NCBI GenBank assembly: GCA_964631145.1
Contig: CAZVXT010000001.1
Span: 457,237 to 521,236, forward strand
Direction of reading: 5' to 3'
DNA from: an uncultured Candidatus Saccharibacteria bacterium
Lineage (GTDB): Bacteria > Patescibacteriota > Doudnabacteria > UBA920
Length of the DNA: 64,000 nucleotides
Shown: piece by piece, positions 8,775 to 17,880 of the stretch
Position numbering within the stretch: the stretch's first letter is position 1
Layout of the letters: each line of letters begins with the position of its first letter
Notes under the pieces: generated by a model
The model's database searches: none
Told to the model about the DNA's origin: nothing
Seen by the model: the letters and a program-made list of their open reading frames with translations, nothing else
Made by a program: the position numbers and the translations under genes

Positions 8775-9047
8775 ATGACAAAATCAGAGACTTTGCAACA
8801 TTTGGCGGAAAAAACCGGCAAGAGCAAAAAAGAAGTAAGTGAAATGTTAGAGGCAATCGTTGCCTTAGCTTACTCTGAAACAAAGAAGAGCGGTGAATTT
8901 ACTTTACCTGGTTTAGGTAAACTTCAAAAAAAGCATCGTGATGCTCGCACTGGACGCAACCCTGCAACAGGTGCAACTATTCAAATTCCTGCAAAAACTG
9001 TCATCAAGTTCCGTATTGCAAAAGCAGCTAAAGATTCAATTCTTTAA
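8775..9047 (+). CDS. hup: DNA-binding protein HU (HU/IHF family)
   Basis: MTKSETLQHLAEKTGKSKKEVSEMLEAIV..GEFTLPGLGKLQKKHRDARTGRNPATGATIQIPAKTVIKFR is an HU-fold signature; the RBS is AAAGGAAAA. Confidence 0.9.
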   Translation: MTKSETLQHLAEKTGKSKKEVSEMLEAIVALAYSETKKSGEFTLPGLGKLQKKHRDARTGRNPATGATIQIPAKTVIKFRIAKAAKDSIL

Positions 9048-9052
9048 TTTTA

Positions 9053-9087
9053 AAAAACCAGCCCTTTTTGGGCTGGTTTTTATTTTG
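9053..9087. terminator. Bidirectional intrinsic terminator between hup (+) and the response regulator (-)
   Basis: AAAAAACCAGCCCTTTTTGGGCTGGTTTTTATTTT: an A-tract before the hairpin and a T-tract after it serve both strands. Confidence 0.7.
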
Positions 9088-9092
9088 TAATG

Positions 9093-9500
9093 TTAAGCTT
9101 TAGTGTCTGGGGCAGATAAAACTTGATTTACCTTTTTTAAAATTTCTTCGGTGTCGTAGTACGCCTTCACCATATATGCTTGAACATTTAAAGCTTTAGT
9201 CTTGAGGATATCTTTATTGCTCCATAAGTTGCTAAGCACTATAATAGGAGTAGAGGCTATTTTTTTATCAGAATGGTGCCTAACTTGTTCTAGAACTTCA
9301 AACCCATCCATTTCAGGTAACATTAAGTCTAACAGTACCAAAGCTGGACCTTCTGAGATAATTTTTTCTAAACCTTCTTTTCCATCACCAGCTTGTACAA
9401 CTGTAAAGCCATTGTTAGATAGTTTATGTGCGACGATTTCTCGCATTGCAATCTCGTCTTCTACGATCAAGATTTTTTTATTTAAGTCTTGGGTTGCCAT
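9093..9500 (-). CDS. Stand-alone CheY-like response-regulator receiver domain
   Basis: KILIVEDE....LLDLMLPEMDGFEVL...PIIVLSN...KAL carries the REC-fold acidic pocket and phospho-Asp context, and there is no output domain. Confidence 0.85.
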   Translation of the reverse strand: MATQDLNKKILIVEDEIAMREIVAHKLSNNGFTVVQAGDGKEGLEKIISEGPALVLLDLMLPEMDGFEVLEQVRHHSDKKIASTPIIVLSNLWSNKDILKTKALNVQAYMVKAYYDTEEILKKVNQVLSAPDTKA

Positions 9501-9533
9501 CTCTTTTTCAATTAATTGTATTATAACATAGGA

Positions 9534-11075
9534 ATGTCAAAAGTAATTGAGTTGAACGGTAAAGATCTTACTATTTCTCAAATAGTTCAAATAATTTCAA
9601 ACAAAAATCAAAAAATAACTATTGCTACCAAATCTAAAAACATCATTGATGCTTCTTTTGCGTTTGTCCAAAAAAGTTTAACTAAAAATGTTATCTACGG
9701 GGTAAACACAGGTTTTGGACCTATGGCGTCCCATATTTTACCAAAGGATAAGCTAATAGAATTACAATATAATCTGATTCGTAGTCATGCTACAGGCATG
9801 GGTAAGCCATTAGATCAGGATGTAGTGCTAGCAGCAATGATTGTGCGTTTAAATACTTTAGTGAAAGGTTTTTCTGGAGTCTCTATAGAATTACTAAAGA
9901 CTTTAGAGAAATTTATCAATGCTAGGATTATTCCATTTGTACCAGAGCATGGCGCTGTAGGGACTAGTGGTGATTTAATTCAATTAGCTCATATCGCATT
10001 AACTTTGATAGGGGAGGGTCAAGTTTGGTATGAGGGTAAGATCCAATCTACAGATAAAGTATTGCTTAAACTAAAAATAAAGCCTCATAAATTATTTCCT
10101 AAAGAAGGGTTATCTTTGATTAATGGTACTTCTGTAATGGCTGGTGGGGCAGCATTGGTTTGTAATGATGCTAATAAGTTAATACAGAGCTCAATTTTGA
10201 ACGGAGCTGAGTCTTTAGAGATTGTAAATTCGTATAGCGATAGCTTTGATGAAGTTCTTCATCAGCTTCGTCCTCAGCAAGGGCAATCGCAGGTTGCACA
10301 AACTTTGCGTAGTTTATTAAAAGATTCCAAACTAATTAGGCAAAGAGAAAGCTTAACTTACCAAGATAGTTTTAACCAAGGTGTTACTAAAATTGACGAT
10401 AGGGTACAAGAAGTATATTCACTTCGCTGTATACCTCAGATTGTTGGTCCCATATTAGATACTTTGCAAAAGGCAGAAAAAGTTGTAGAAGTTGAATTGA
10501 ATTCTACAACAGATAACCCTATTGTGGATGTTAAAAATAAAAGATTTTTGCATGGTGGAAATTTCCATGGGGACTATATTGCTGTGGCTATTGATCAATT
10601 AAAAGCTTCTTTGGTTAAATTGTCAATGCTATCTGAAAGAAGAATTAATTTCTTTTTAAATCAGAATATAAATAAGATTTACCCACCATTTTTAAATTTG
10701 GATACGCCGGGCTTAACATTGGCTTTGCAGGGTTTGCAGTTTGTAGCTACATCTACTACTGCTGATAATCAGTCTTTGGCTTTTCCGCATTCAGTTCATA
10801 GTATTAGTACAAACGCTGATAATCAAGATGTTGTAAGTATGGGCACTGATGCAATGTTATTTGCAAGACAAGTAGTAGAAAATTGCTACATTGTTACTGC
10901 AATTGAAAATGTTGTTCTTACTCAAGCTGTTGATGTTTTGAATTTTTCAAATAAGCTATCCAGCTCCACTAAGCAAAATTACAAAGCAGTTCGCAAGGTT
11001 TTTCCAGTTGTTATATCAGACAAACCTTTATTTAGCCTTTTGCCAAAAGTCATTGATTTATTAAAGCATGAATAA
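9534..11075 (+). CDS. MIO-dependent aromatic amino-acid ammonia-lyase (HAL/PAL/TAL family; HAL-like)
   Basis: YGVNTGFGPMAS..IRSHATGMGKPL.. ..IPFVPEHGAVGTSGDLIQLAHIALTLIGEG.. match the family. The MIO-forming triad position reads Thr-Ser-Gly rather than Ala-Ser-Gly. The six-frame ORF track begins at a TTG at 9516, but the ATG at 9534 is more plausible. Confidence 0.85.
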   Translation: MSKVIELNGKDLTISQIVQIISNKNQKITIATKSKNIIDASFAFVQKSLTKNVIYGVNTGFGPMASHILPKDKLIELQYNLIRSHATGMGKPLDQDVVLAAMIVRLNTLVKGFSGVSIELLKTLEKFINARIIPFVPEHGAVGTSGDLIQLAHIALTLIGEGQVWYEGKIQSTDKVLLKLKIKPHKLFPKEGLSLINGTSVMAGGAALVCNDANKLIQSSILNGAESLEIVNSYSDSFDEVLHQLRPQQGQSQVAQTLRSLLKDSKLIRQRESLTYQDSFNQGVTKIDDRVQEVYSLRCIPQIVGPILDTLQKAEKVVEVELNSTTDNPIVDVKNKRFLHGGNFHGDYIAVAIDQLKASLVKLSMLSERRINFFLNQNINKIYPPFLNLDTPGLTLALQGLQFVATSTTADNQSLAFPHSVHSISTNADNQDVVSMGTDAMLFARQVVENCYIVTAIENVVLTQAVDVLNFSNKLSSSTKQNYKAVRKVFPVVISDKPLFSLLPKVIDLLKHE

Positions 11076-12591
11076 TGATAATTTTAATTGGTTAGACAAA
11101 CAGTTTGATTACAAGAAGCATCTGGCAATTGAAAATCGTATTAACCAATTTGAATATAAGCAATACCAAAAAACCTTCCAATCTGTAAGCTCAGAAGAAA
11201 TAGAAAAGCATAGCTTTAAAAGAGCTTTATCATTTTTTAAGTACGTAAGTAAGAATGTGCCTGCCTATAAGGATTTTTTGAAAAAGAATAAAATAGATCC
11301 TGAAAAAATACAAAATCAAAATGATTTTAATCTAATTCCATGGACAGACAAAGAAAATTATATTTCTAAATATAGTTTAGAGGATAGAAGCTTTGGCGGA
11401 GGTAACTTAAAAAATAATTTAATAGCCATAAGTTCTGGCACCACAGGCAATCCAACCTTATGGGCTCGCAGTGCATACCAAGAGTATGAGGCTTTTGTTT
11501 TTCATCAAAAATTGTTTATTGATCAATTTGAAGTTCATAAAAAAACAACTTTAGTTTTGATTGGCTTTCCAATGGGTGTGTATGTTTCGGGGATAGCGAC
11601 ATTATTGCCTACTTGGCTATTAACCCAAAAATACCCAGGACTATCAGTGGTTAGTGTGGGAAATAACAAAGCTGATATGCTGAAGGCAATGGAGCAGCTA
11701 AGTTATTCTTATGATCAGACTATTTTGGTTGGACATCCATTTTTTTTGAAAGATGTTATAGAAACTGCCACCGCTAGAAAAATAAAGCTAGACAAATTTA
11801 ACATTAGCTTAATGTTTTGCAGTGAGGGGTTCTCTGAAGATTGGCGAGAGTATGTTTCATCTGTTTTAAATCCTAAAGGCAAGGTAAAAGCAATTAATAC
11901 CTACGGCTCATCAGAATTTTTATTAATGGCTAATGAAAATCAGAGGACCATTGATTTTAGAAAGGCTGTTAATGGCACAGCTCTTGGTGACAAGCTTTTT
12001 GGTAGTCGTAACGTGCCAAGTTTATTTGAATACAATCCTTATCATAGATATTTGCAAGAAAGCAGTAATGGGGAAATTCTTTGTACAGCAGTTAGTGGTG
12101 TTCCTCTTATAAGATATAATATGCACGATGCTGGAAAAATTATTTCTGCCCAACAGTTTAATTTGTATAGCAGGCAGTTAAATTTGAAACCGACGAAATC
12201 AAATTTACCTATAGTGGTTTTGCAAGGTAGGAGCGATTATGGTGCTGTTTTTTATGCGGCGAATATTTATCCTAATAATATCCATGCTGCATTACAACAC
12301 GATAAGTTATTTAAAAAATTAACAGGTAAGTTTTCATTAGAAAAAAAATATAAAAATAATATGGATGAAGATTTGGTCATTCATATAGAATTGCAAGACA
12401 AAGCCTTAGCAAATAAAGACCTTCTAAAATTTATTAAAGATAATGTAATAAAAACTTTATCATCTTTAAATTTAGAGTATCAATTTTTGCAAAAGAATTT
12501 GGATAAAAACATTGATCCTAAAATAAAACTCCATGCTTATCAACACCCCAAATATTTTAAGCCGGGATTAAAACCAAGATACATTGTATAA
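11068..12591 (+). CDS. PaaK-like adenylate-forming ligase (phenylacetate-CoA ligase / CoF390-synthetase-like, ANL superfamily)
   Basis: The AMP-binding P-loop SSGTTGNPT and the PaaK-like IPWTDKENY motif are present. The gene overlaps the upstream lyase by 8 nt. Confidence 0.7.
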   Translation: MNNDNFNWLDKQFDYKKHLAIENRINQFEYKQYQKTFQSVSSEEIEKHSFKRALSFFKYVSKNVPAYKDFLKKNKIDPEKIQNQNDFNLIPWTDKENYISKYSLEDRSFGGGNLKNNLIAISSGTTGNPTLWARSAYQEYEAFVFHQKLFIDQFEVHKKTTLVLIGFPMGVYVSGIATLLPTWLLTQKYPGLSVVSVGNNKADMLKAMEQLSYSYDQTILVGHPFFLKDVIETATARKIKLDKFNISLMFCSEGFSEDWREYVSSVLNPKGKVKAINTYGSSEFLLMANENQRTIDFRKAVNGTALGDKLFGSRNVPSLFEYNPYHRYLQESSNGEILCTAVSGVPLIRYNMHDAGKIISAQQFNLYSRQLNLKPTKSNLPIVVLQGRSDYGAVFYAANIYPNNIHAALQHDKLFKKLTGKFSLEKKYKNNMDEDLVIHIELQDKALANKDLLKFIKDNVIKTLSSLNLEYQFLQKNLDKNIDPKIKLHAYQHPKYFKPGLKPRYIV

Positions 12592-13795
12592 TATAAATAT
12601 GATAAAAACTCCCAAGTGGTTAAAAGTTGCTGATATAAATACAAAACCTGTTGTTCAAATTTTTGATTTGCAAAAATTATATAACCAAAGCAAAATTGAA
12701 GAGATTATAAAAATAAATAAACCACATATCATTGATACATATACAGAGCAGTTAGAAGACTTGTATTTGGTTAGGCATCCATTTTTAAAAACACAACCCG
12801 ATAAAGCGCATCTAGAATTATCAGAACATATAGGGCAAATTTCTAAAAATCCATTATGGATGCAAGGCAGTTGGATTTTTTTACCGTGGAGTAATAGTTT
12901 GATTCATTTGTTATCAAATACAGATTATTATGAGTTGCGCACTTCAAGAAATAAAAATTTAATTACAAGTTTGGAGCAAAATAAAATTAAAAAATCTAAA
13001 ATCGGAATTGCCGGTTTGAGCGTTGGTAATGCTGCCGCCGTAGGTGCCGCTTTAGAAGGCTTTCAAAATATTAGAATTGCTGATTTTGATAATTTAGCTG
13101 TAGTAAATTTAAATCGCATTCGAGCTGGTATTACAGATTTGACTGTTAATAAAAGCTATATTACCGCAAAGCAGATTTATGAAGTTGATCCATACGCAAA
13201 AGTTGATATTTATCATCAAGGTTTGAATGGTAATAAGCTAGAGCAGTTTATTAAGGATTTGGATGTTATGATTGATGAGATTGATGATGTGGAAGTAAAA
13301 ATTAAGCTTAGACAATTAGCTCAAAAATATAAAATTCCGGTAATTTCTGCTGCTGATAATGGCGATGGGGTTATTGTAGATATACAAAGATTTGATCTTA
13401 ATAATAAATATCCAATTTATCATGGAGACTTACACGAAACCAAACTTGATAGTATAGCCAAAATGGGATTTGGATCAAAGATAAAATTAATTAATGAAAT
13501 GGTGGGTATAGAGTACGTGACCGATAGGATGAAACAATCTTTGCTTGAAGTAGGGAAGAGTTTATATTCTTGGCCTCAGCTTGGCGGTGCTGCAATGATA
13601 ACTGGCGGGGTCTTGGCTTATTTAGCAAAAGGAATTGTGCTTGGGCATGATTTGCAAAGTGGTAAGTATGATTTTAACCCTGACTCAGTATTTATAAAAG
13701 CATTTAATTCTGCCAAGCAAAAAGCCCAGCGTAGAGCTGGTACAAAGAAGTTTTTGAAAACTCAATCAGAAATTTTTAATTTTAAAGTAATTTGA
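12584..13795 (+). CDS. E1-like ThiF/MoeB/MccB-family adenylyltransferase with ~130-aa N-terminal extension
   Basis: A Rossmann GxGxxG motif (KIGIAGLSVGNAAAVGAALEGF) is followed by IRIADFDNLAVVNLNRI, the E1 Asp/Arg motif. The gene overlaps the upstream ligase by 8 nt. Confidence 0.75.
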   Translation: MYNINMIKTPKWLKVADINTKPVVQIFDLQKLYNQSKIEEIIKINKPHIIDTYTEQLEDLYLVRHPFLKTQPDKAHLELSEHIGQISKNPLWMQGSWIFLPWSNSLIHLLSNTDYYELRTSRNKNLITSLEQNKIKKSKIGIAGLSVGNAAAVGAALEGFQNIRIADFDNLAVVNLNRIRAGITDLTVNKSYITAKQIYEVDPYAKVDIYHQGLNGNKLEQFIKDLDVMIDEIDDVEVKIKLRQLAQKYKIPVISAADNGDGVIVDIQRFDLNNKYPIYHGDLHETKLDSIAKMGFGSKIKLINEMVGIEYVTDRMKQSLLEVGKSLYSWPQLGGAAMITGGVLAYLAKGIVLGHDLQSGKYDFNPDSVFIKAFNSAKQKAQRRAGTKKFLKTQSEIFNFKVI

Positions 13796-14847
13796 TGATA
13801 CAAAAAGAGGTTTTAGTAAAAATTATTACAGCGGGTGGACACGCTCCTTCAGGCGATAACTGCCAGCCATGGTCTGTTCGTTTGTATGACGATGGTTTTG
13901 CTCTATACAACTTACCTGATAGAGATAACTCTTTGTATAGTTTTGGGCAACGGGCTTCTATGGTTGCTTTAGGGGCTTTTATAGAAAACTGCCTTATTAA
14001 GGCAGCTGATTTGGGTTATAAAACAGATATTAAATATTTCCCTGATGGTGAAGACAGTGATTTGGTGGCTTATTTAAATTTTGAGATAAATAACGAAAGC
14101 TACGGAAACGATTTGGCTAGATTTATAGAGCAAAGAATAACAAATCGTAAAATGTATCTAGGGCAATTAGTCGAACCTCTAAAAGTTGACAAACTTTTAC
14201 AAACTAGCGATTCATTAAAGTTGGTTAGTGAGAAGTCTATGATTAATCAGCTTGGACAAATCGCTAGTATCAATGAGAGGATTTTATTTGAAAATCAGCA
14301 GATGCATAGTTTTTTTTATAACCATATAAATTGGACCGAGGAAGAAGATATAAATAAAAAAATTGGCTTTTATTTACCGACCTTAGAAATTCCTAAAAAT
14401 AAGCAATCGGGCTTTAAGTTATTTAAGCATTGGTTGGTGTGTAAAACCTTGAATGTGTTACTAGGTTTTTCTAAGATATTAGCTAAAGAAAATTCTAAGG
14501 TATATGGCTCTGCTTCAGCAATGGGTATTATTACCATTAAAGATTATAGTAAGCTTGGGTATATTAAAGCAGGACAAGAATTTCAGCGAGTTTGGCTACA
14601 AGCGACAGAACTTGGTTTAAGCTTTCAGCCTTTAACAGGAGTGCCATTTTTAAAGCTACGAATCGATAATAATAAAGCAGGAGAGTTAAGCCTTACACAT
14701 CAAAAATTAGTTAACGATGCTTATTTATCGATACAAAAAATTTTTGAGACTAATGATAGGGTGGCGATGATGTTTCGTTTAGGTTACGCAGACTCGCCAT
14801 CCGCACATTCTCGTCGTTTTAATGTTTTAGATATAATTCAGTCATAA
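13792..14847 (+). CDS. Nitroreductase-superfamily oxidoreductase, apparently two-domain (SagB/McbC-like dehydrogenase candidate)
   Basis: The N-terminal AGGHAPSGDNCQPW matches the nitroreductase PS..N.QPW signature. At 351 aa it could hold a tandem fold. A 4-nt ATGA overlap links it to the E1-like gene. Confidence 0.7.
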   Translation: MMIQKEVLVKIITAGGHAPSGDNCQPWSVRLYDDGFALYNLPDRDNSLYSFGQRASMVALGAFIENCLIKAADLGYKTDIKYFPDGEDSDLVAYLNFEINNESYGNDLARFIEQRITNRKMYLGQLVEPLKVDKLLQTSDSLKLVSEKSMINQLGQIASINERILFENQQMHSFFYNHINWTEEEDINKKIGFYLPTLEIPKNKQSGFKLFKHWLVCKTLNVLLGFSKILAKENSKVYGSASAMGIITIKDYSKLGYIKAGQEFQRVWLQATELGLSFQPLTGVPFLKLRIDNNKAGELSLTHQKLVNDAYLSIQKIFETNDRVAMMFRLGYADSPSAHSRRFNVLDIIQS

Positions 14848-14848
14848 A

Positions 14849-16513
14849 ATGGGTATAGATTTTGGAACATTTGCAAATATTGATTTATTAATCATTGGTA
14901 TTGCGATTGCGGGTATCGCTATTTTATCAATGGTTGTGTACTTAAATAATAGAAGAAGTATTACCGCTAAGTCCTTCTTGTTTTTTGCATTGATGACAAT
15001 CGCATATGGTGTTATAAATTTTTCTTCTAGCAAATTCATAGATCATGATCTTGCATTGTGGAGTTTACGTTTAACTTTATTTAGCGCAGTATGGCATGCA
15101 TTTTCTTTGTATCAGTTATTTGTGGTGTTTCCTTTGGAGCAAACGAGTTATGATTGGAAATACAAGTATATAGCTGTTCCCGCTACTATTATTGCTTCTC
15201 TTTTAACTTTAACACCATTAGTATTCTCTGGGATTAGTCAAGAGATTGCTTTTGGGCAAGTAGCAAATCCAGAAAAAGGCCCTGGTATTGCACTATTCGG
15301 TTTAGTCGCATTTGGTTTGGTATTCTCGGCTTTGTATGTGCTGATAAATAAGGTTAGAAATTCTCAAAGTTTAGAAAAGAAACAGTTAAGCACTGTCTTA
15401 ACTGGCACAATTTTTACTATGATGTTAATTTTTGTGTTTAACTTTGTCTTGCCAGTTTTTTATAATAATACTCGTTATGTACCGCTAGCACCTCTTTATA
15501 TCCTACCGTTCATAGCTTTCACGACTTACGCTATAGTTAGACACAAACTATTGGATATTAAAATAGTTGGAACAGAAATTTTAGTATTTGTCCTAGCGGT
15601 TACATCTTTAATCGAAGTTATTATTTCACAAAATTTTGGCGTTTTGTTTTTTAGAAGCAGTGTATTTTTACTAGTTTTGGGAGTAGGTGGTTTGTTGGTT
15701 AGCAGTGTGTTTAAGGAAGTTAAACAGAGACAAGAGTTGGAGATTTTGAGTACAGATTTAGCCAAGGCAAACGAAAAACTAAAATCTTTGGATAAAGCAA
15801 GGGCAGAATTTATCTCAATCGCTAGTCATCAACTAAGAACACCTCCAGCTACAATTAAATGGTATATGTCAGCAATTTTATCTGGCGACTTTGGTAAAAT
15901 ACTCCCAGAAACTTTACCAGCATTGCAAACAGTACAAGTAACTAATGATGCTCAGATTTCTACTATTGATGACTTGCTTAATGCTTCCAGGATTGAGCGA
16001 GGTAAGCTGGAATTCTTTTTTCAACCAGGCGTGATCGAGCCAATAGTACAAAATCTGGTTAATCAATTACAACCTTTGGCACAAATGAAAAAGTTGCGCA
16101 TTAATTATCAGCCACCAAAGACCACAATACCAGAGTTTATTATGGATCAGGAGAAGATTCGCCAGGTAATAAATAATATGATTGATAATGCTATTAAATA
16201 CACTAAACAAGGGGATATTGATGTAAAATTGGTTCGAAATAGAGACGGGGTTACGCTTAGTGTTTCTGACCAGGGCAAAGGTATTAGACAAGAGGATGTG
16301 AAGAAGTTATTTGCTAAATACTCCAGAGGACAAGATTCTGCTACTCAAGCAACTGGGCTAGGTTTGGGGATGTATGTTGCTAAGGTTATAGTAGAGCAAC
16401 ATAATGGAAAGATTTGGGCAGAGAGTGCGGGGCTCGATAAAGGTTCTACTTTTTCTTTCTTTATTCCATCAAAGAATAATTTAAAAGCAACTACTTTTGA
16501 TTTAACTAAGTAG
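14849..16513 (+). CDS. Sensor histidine kinase with ~7-8 N-terminal TM helices
   Basis: H-box ASHQLRTPP, N-box NMIDNAIKYT and G-box GLGLGMYVAKVIVEQHNGKIW are present. The start is 2 nt after the nitroreductase stop. Confidence 0.85.
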   Translation: MGIDFGTFANIDLLIIGIAIAGIAILSMVVYLNNRRSITAKSFLFFALMTIAYGVINFSSSKFIDHDLALWSLRLTLFSAVWHAFSLYQLFVVFPLEQTSYDWKYKYIAVPATIIASLLTLTPLVFSGISQEIAFGQVANPEKGPGIALFGLVAFGLVFSALYVLINKVRNSQSLEKKQLSTVLTGTIFTMMLIFVFNFVLPVFYNNTRYVPLAPLYILPFIAFTTYAIVRHKLLDIKIVGTEILVFVLAVTSLIEVIISQNFGVLFFRSSVFLLVLGVGGLLVSSVFKEVKQRQELEILSTDLAKANEKLKSLDKARAEFISIASHQLRTPPATIKWYMSAILSGDFGKILPETLPALQTVQVTNDAQISTIDDLLNASRIERGKLEFFFQPGVIEPIVQNLVNQLQPLAQMKKLRINYQPPKTTIPEFIMDQEKIRQVINNMIDNAIKYTKQGDIDVKLVRNRDGVTLSVSDQGKGIRQEDVKKLFAKYSRGQDSATQATGLGLGMYVAKVIVEQHNGKIWAESAGLDKGSTFSFFIPSKNNLKATTFDLTK

Positions 16514-16572
16514 GCTTAGTGTGGTATAATACATAGGTAAGAGTAATTTGACCGCTTGAAATAATTTGGCGA

Positions 16573-17022
16573 ATGCAAATTATGATCATAAACAAACAAA
16601 TCGAAATCAAAACTCAAAAACAGTTTGAATTAGTTGATATTACTCAGCTTATAAATGCAGAAGTTACTTCTAGCAATGTTAAAGATGGTTTGGTTAGTAT
16701 TTTTTGTCCTCATACCACTGCGGCAATTAGGCTAAATCATAATGAACCATTGCTAATACAGGATATTATGCATATGATTTATCGATTGGTTCCTATCGAC
16801 CAAAATTACAATCACGATTTGTTTGAGCTTCGTAGCGGAGTTGATGTAAATGAAAGAACTAATGGCCACGCTCATGTAAAAGCATTTTTACTTGGATCTT
16901 CATCGGAATCGGTTCCTATAAAAGATGGCAAGCTTATTTTAGGAGACAGGCAAAGTGTGTTTTTTGTTGAGCTCGATGGCGGGAGAGATAGAAATTTTAA
17001 TATTACCATTATTGGAGAATAA
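16573..17022 (+). CDS. YjbQ/UPF0047-family protein (secondary thiamine-phosphate synthase-like)
   Basis: ..FCPHTTAAIRLNHNEP.. ..NGHAHVKAFLLGSS..PIKDGKLILGDRQSVFFVELDGGRDR match the family. Confidence 0.8.
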   Translation: MQIMIINKQIEIKTQKQFELVDITQLINAEVTSSNVKDGLVSIFCPHTTAAIRLNHNEPLLIQDIMHMIYRLVPIDQNYNHDLFELRSGVDVNERTNGHAHVKAFLLGSSSESVPIKDGKLILGDRQSVFFVELDGGRDRNFNITIIGE

Positions 17023-17047
17023 CGATTTTTGTCGTTATTTTTTTATT
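17019..17047 (+). terminator. Intrinsic terminator after yjbQ-like gene
   Basis: AATAACGATTTTTGTCGTTATTTTTTTTATT is a hairpin followed by a T-tract. Confidence 0.6.
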
Positions 17048-17105
17048 ATTTATTAAAGCCATACTTGGTCGATGGTTGGTTAAAACAAATTAAGAAAGGA
17101 AATTT

Positions 17106-17798
17106 ATGAATTATTATGATAGTTATCCTGATGTCGTAAAAGGTTCTGTAGTAACTCTTTATGACCGGGTTATTCAATTTTTACCAAATATATTTGCTGC
17201 GCTAATTGTATTATTAGTGGGGTGGGTAATTGGTATATTCTTGGGAAATTTATTTAAAAAAGCCTTAGAATCTATTGGCATTGATGGTTTAGGCGATCAG
17301 GTTGGTTTGAAAAGGCTATCCGAACGCAGTGGTCGCCATATTAAGATATCTAGTATTGTTCAATGGATTATAAAGTGGTTCTTTATACTTGCAAGTATTA
17401 TTGCTGCCGCTGATATTTTGAATTTAAATACAGTAACTAACTTCTTTTATCAAGATGTTTTGGGATATGCTGGGCATGTTGTAATTGCAGTAATTATTTT
17501 GTTATTGGGTATGCTTGCTGCAAACTTTTTGGGTGATATTGTTGAGGGGACAGTTAAGGCTGGTGGTTTTGAAGGGTCTGGGGTTTTAAGTTCTATTACT
17601 CGTTGGTCTATTACTGTTTTTGCAGTTATTGCTGCATTATCAGAATTGCAAATCGCCCAAAGCTTTTTAGCTGATTTATTTAGAGCTGTGATTGCTATGT
17701 TGGCAATTGCAGGAGGTTTGGCATTTGGACTTGGTGGCAAAGATCATGCCCGCAAAGTTCTCGATTATATAGAAAATATTATCTCTCGCCGAAATTAA
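17106..17798 (+). CDS. Multi-TM membrane protein with repeated conserved TM-helix units (MscS-associated 'TM_helix'/CmpX-like)
   Basis: Three repeated hydrophobic units follow the pattern ...NIFAALIVLLVGWVIG / ...WFFILASIIAAADILN / ...VFAVIAALSELQIAQSF. The family call rests on pattern only. Confidence 0.45.
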   Translation: MNYYDSYPDVVKGSVVTLYDRVIQFLPNIFAALIVLLVGWVIGIFLGNLFKKALESIGIDGLGDQVGLKRLSERSGRHIKISSIVQWIIKWFFILASIIAAADILNLNTVTNFFYQDVLGYAGHVVIAVIILLLGMLAANFLGDIVEGTVKAGGFEGSGVLSSITRWSITVFAVIAALSELQIAQSFLADLFRAVIAMLAIAGGLAFGLGGKDHARKVLDYIENIISRRN

Positions 17799-17817
17799 AA
17801 AATAAAATAAACTAAGA

Positions 17818-17847
17818 GCCGCTGCAAATTTTGCAGCGGTTTTTTTC
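17818..17847 (+). terminator. Intrinsic terminator
   Basis: GCCGCTGCAAATTTTGCAGCGGTTTTTTTCT. Confidence 0.7.
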
Positions 17848-17880
17848 TGACACATATTGTTGATTTGCTATAATAACTAC

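Noticed and set aside
9202-9531. 109-aa + strand ORF overlapping the response-regulator gene
   Set aside because: It is antisense to a well-supported REC-domain gene and has no independent support.
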